A stretch of 21,525 nucleotides of DNA from Utricularia gibba (taxonomy: Eukaryota; Plantae; Magnoliophyta): positions 1 through 21,525 of the forward strand of contig NEEC01000510.1 in the NCBI GenBank assembly GCA_002189035.1. The letters are read 5' to 3'. Both the position numbers and the translations under genes were made by a program. Of this stretch, positions 18,392-21,525 are shown piece after piece (position 1 is the stretch's first letter; each line of letters begins with the position of its first letter). The notes beneath the pieces were generated by a model. That model was not told the origin of the DNA. It ran no database searches and saw nothing but the letters and a program-made list of their open reading frames with translations.

Positions 18392-21300
18392 GAGGAGGCG
18401 GTCTTGGGGGGCACTTGGAACCGGAAAAAGATCAGCTTAGGCCTTGGCCCAAAGTAAGTTGTAGCCCGGCAAAGAAAGTGATGTATTTATTAACGTTCGG
18501 TTTTCGGTGTTGCCTACATGGTTTTTCAAGGAACAGCTTCTCGTTTTGTGGCGGCCAGTCTCGCTAGGAACTTGGTCGGGCCCGCGATTCTTTATGGCTC
18601 ATGAGGACAAAAGGATGCAAATCGATGAATACAATTTGCATTTGTTTAAATTGCGATATCACGTGCACCCACATGATTTTTTCAACAACTTACTTTATAC
18701 TTGAGAAGGCGGTCTTTGGGTGCACTTGGAACCGGAAAAAGATCAGCTTAGGCTTGGCCCAAAGTAAGTTGTAGCCGGCAAAGAAAGTGATGTATTTATT
18801 AACGTTCGGTTTTCGGTGTTGCCTACATGGTTTTTCAAGGAACAGCTTCTCGTTTTGTGGCGGCCAGTCTCGCTAGGAACTTGGTCCGGGCCCGCGATTC
18901 TTTATGGCTCATGAGGACAAAAGGATGCAAATCGATGAATACAATGTTGCATTTGTTTAAATTGCGATATCACGTGCACCCCACATGATTTTTTCAACAA
19001 CTTACTTTATACTTGAGAAGGCGGTCTTTGGGTGCACTTGGAACCGGAAAAAGATCAGCTTAGGCCTTGGCCCAAAGTAGTTGTAGCCCGGCAAAGAAAG
19101 TGATGTATTTATTAACGTTCGGTTTTCGGTGTTGCCTACATGGTTTTTCAAGGAACAGCTTCTCGTTTTGTGGCGGCCAGTCTCGCTAGGAACTTGGTCC
19201 GGGCCCGCGATTCTTTATGGCATGAGGACAAAAGGATGCAAATCGATGAATACAATGTTGCATTTGTTTAAATTGCGATATCACGTGCACCCACATGATT
19301 TTTTCAAAACTTACTTTATACTTGAGAAGGCGGTCTTTGGGTGCACTTGGAACCGGAAAAAGATCAGCTTAGGCCTTGGCCCAAAGTAAGTTGTAGCCCG
19401 GCAAAGAAAGTGATGTATTTATTAACGTTCGGTTTTCGGTGTTGCCTACATGGTTTTTCAAGGAACAGCTTCTCGTTTTGTGGCGGCCAGTCTCGCTAGG
19501 AACTTGGTCCGGGCCCGCGATTCTTTATGGCTCATGAGGACAAAAGGATGCAAATCGATGAATACAATGTTCCATTTGTTTAAATTGCGATATCACGTGC
19601 ACCCACATGATTTTTTCAACAACTTACTTTATACTTGAGAGGCGGTCTTTGGGCACTTGGAACCGGAAAAAGATCAGCTTAGGCCTTGGCCCAAAGTAAG
19701 TTGTAGCCGGCAAAGAAGTGATGTATTTATTAACGTTCGGTTTTCGGTGTTGCCTACATGGTTTTTCAAGGAACAGCTTCTCGTTTTGTGGCGGCCAGTC
19801 TCGCTAGGAACTTGGTCCGGGCCCGATTCTTTATGGCTCATGAGGACAAAAGGATGCAAATCGATGAATACAATGTTGCATTTGTTTAAATTGCGATATC
19901 ACGTGCACCCCACATGATTTTTTCAACAACTTACTTTATACTTGAGAAGGCGGTCTTTGGGTGCACTTGGAACCGGAAAAAGATCAGCTTAGGCCTTGGC
20001 CCAAAGTATGTTGTAGCCCGGCAAAGAAAGTGATGTATTTATTAACGTTCGGTTTTCGGTGTTGCCTACATGGTTTTTCAAGGAACAGCTTCTCGTTTTG
20101 TGGCGGCCAGTCTCGCTAGGAACTTGGTCCGGGCCCGCGATTCTTTATGGCTCATGAGGACAAAAGGATGCAAATCGATGAATACAATGTTGCATTTGTT
20201 TAAATTGCGATATCACGTGCACCCCACATGATTTTTTCAACAACTTACTTTATACTGAGAAGGCGGTCTTTGGGTGCACTTGGAACCGGAAAAAGATCAG
20301 CTTAGGCCTTGGCCCAAAGTAAGTTGTAGCCCGGCAAAGAAAGTGATGTATTTATTAACGTTCGGTTTTCGGTTGCCTACATGGTTTTTCAAGGAACAGC
20401 TTCTCGTTTTGTGGCGGCCAGTCTCGCTAGGAACTTGGTCCGGGCCCGCGATTCTTTATGGCTCATGAGGACAAAGGATGCAAATCGATGAATACAATGT
20501 TGCATTTGTTTAAATTGCGATATCACGTGCACCCCACATGATTTTTTCAACAACTTACTTTATACTTGAGAAGGCGGTCTTTGGGTGCACTTGGAACCGG
20601 AAAAGATCAGCTTAGGCCTTGGCCCAAAGTAAGTTGTAGCCCGGCAAAGAAAGTGATGTATTTATTAACGTTCGGTTTTCGGTGTTGCCTACATGGTTTT
20701 TCAAGGAACAGCTTCTCGTTTTGTGGCGGCCAGTCTCGCTAGGAACTTGGTCCGGGCCCGCGATTCTTTATGGCTCATGAGGACAAAGGATGCAAATCGA
20801 TGAATACAATGTTGCATTTGTTTAAATTGCGATATCACGTGCACCCCACATGATTTTTTCAACAACTTACTTTATACTTGAGAAGGCGGTCTTTGGGTGC
20901 ACTTGGAACCGGAAAAAGATCAGCTTAGGCCTTGGCCAAAGTAAGTTGTAGCCCGGCAAAGAAAGTGATGTATTTATTAACGTTCGGTTTTCGGTGTTGC
21001 CTACATGGTTTTTCAAGGAACAGCTTCTCGTTTTGTGGCGGCCAGTCTCGCTAGGAACTTGGTCCGGGCCCGCGATTCTTTATGGCTCATGAGGACAAAA
21101 GGATGCAAATCGATGAATACAATGTTGCATTTGTTTAAATTGCGATATCACGTGCACCCCACATGATTTTTTCAACAACTTACTTTATACTTGAGAAGGC
21201 GGTCTTTGGGGCACTTGGAACCGGAAAAAGATCAGCTTAGGCCTTGGCCCAAAGTAGTTGTAGCCCGGCAAAGAAAGTGATGTATTTATTAACGTTCGGT

Positions 21301-21525
21301 TTTCGGTGTTGCCTACATGGTTTTTCAAGGAACAGCTTCTCGTTTTGTGGCGGCCAGTCTCGCTAGGAACTTGGTCCGGGCCGCGATTCTTTATGGCTCA
21401 TGAGGACAAAAGGATGCAATCGATGAATACAATGTTGCATTTGTTTAAATTGCGATATCACGTGCACCCCACATGATTTTTTCAACAACTTACTTTATAC
21501 TTGAGAAGGCGGTCTTTGGGTGCAC

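Larger units (their letters stand above)
1..21525. repeat. Tandem satellite DNA array, 314-bp consensus monomer, 69 complete plus 2 partial copies, all in the same orientation
   Basis: Anchor motifs such as TCACGTGCACCC and TATACTTGAG recur every ~300-316 bp across the window (unit starts 212, 515, 828, 1136 ... 20880, 21193, 21503). No unique DNA and no inversion seen. Unit 15900-16213 is exactly 314 bp. Confidence 0.99.
12800..21525. repeat. A-dominated, near-homogeneous monomeric domain (25 complete A and 3 B units)
   Basis: Units 42-46, 48-56, 58 and 60-69 carry A diagnostics; only units 47, 57 and 59 are B. Confidence 0.95.

Noticed and set aside
25-20468. All short ORFs in the six-frame track (60-95 aa)
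   Set aside because: They are translations of the same satellite monomer, differ between copies by frameshifts, often use non-ATG starts and show no recognisable domain.
1-21525. CRISPR array
   Set aside because: There are no unique spacers, the repeat is 314 bp, and no cas genes are present.
1-21525. Concatemer of a viroid-like or other small circular replicon, or a simple rolling-circle amplification product
   Set aside because: No hammerhead core (CTGANGA...GAAA) or rod-like self-complementarity was seen. Two types 12% apart with a domain switch and local subvariants do not fit copying of one circle.
1-21525. Tandem RNA gene array (5S, tRNA/SINE, snRNA, spliced leader) or rDNA spacer subrepeats
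   Set aside because: No convincing Pol III A/B boxes, Sm-site context or recognisable RNA sequence was found, and there is no flanking rRNA.

Overview
The whole window is one uninterrupted head-to-tail tandem satellite array with a 314-bp consensus monomer (about 45% GC by hand count). It holds 69 complete copies (212-21502) plus two partial copies. There is no credible gene, RNA gene, transposon or CRISPR; every listed ORF is a by-product of the repeat. Two monomer types occur, A and B, about 88% identical and co-linear without gaps. From 1 to 12799 they alternate (AB dimer, about 628 bp). From 12800 to the end the array is almost pure A with three isolated B copies. The array is nested at four scales: a diverged ~157-bp ancestral half-unit inside each monomer, the 314-bp monomer, the AB dimer, and an imperfect 10-monomer (~3.1 kb) period shown by rare shared variants. 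It also contains A/B recombinant monomers and a 17-18 nt box that is conserved both between the half-units and between A and B. Copies are mostly shorter than consensus (mean about 309 bp), and the larger deletions cluster where A and B disagree. This suggests an error-prone long-read consensus, so fine-scale mosaics need raw-read confirmation. I do not recognise the satellite family or the organism; a eukaryotic, possibly centromeric, origin is inference only. Monomer numbering below: unit 1 starts at 212, each unit starting at the GAG/GAA that follows ...TATACTT or ...TATACAT.
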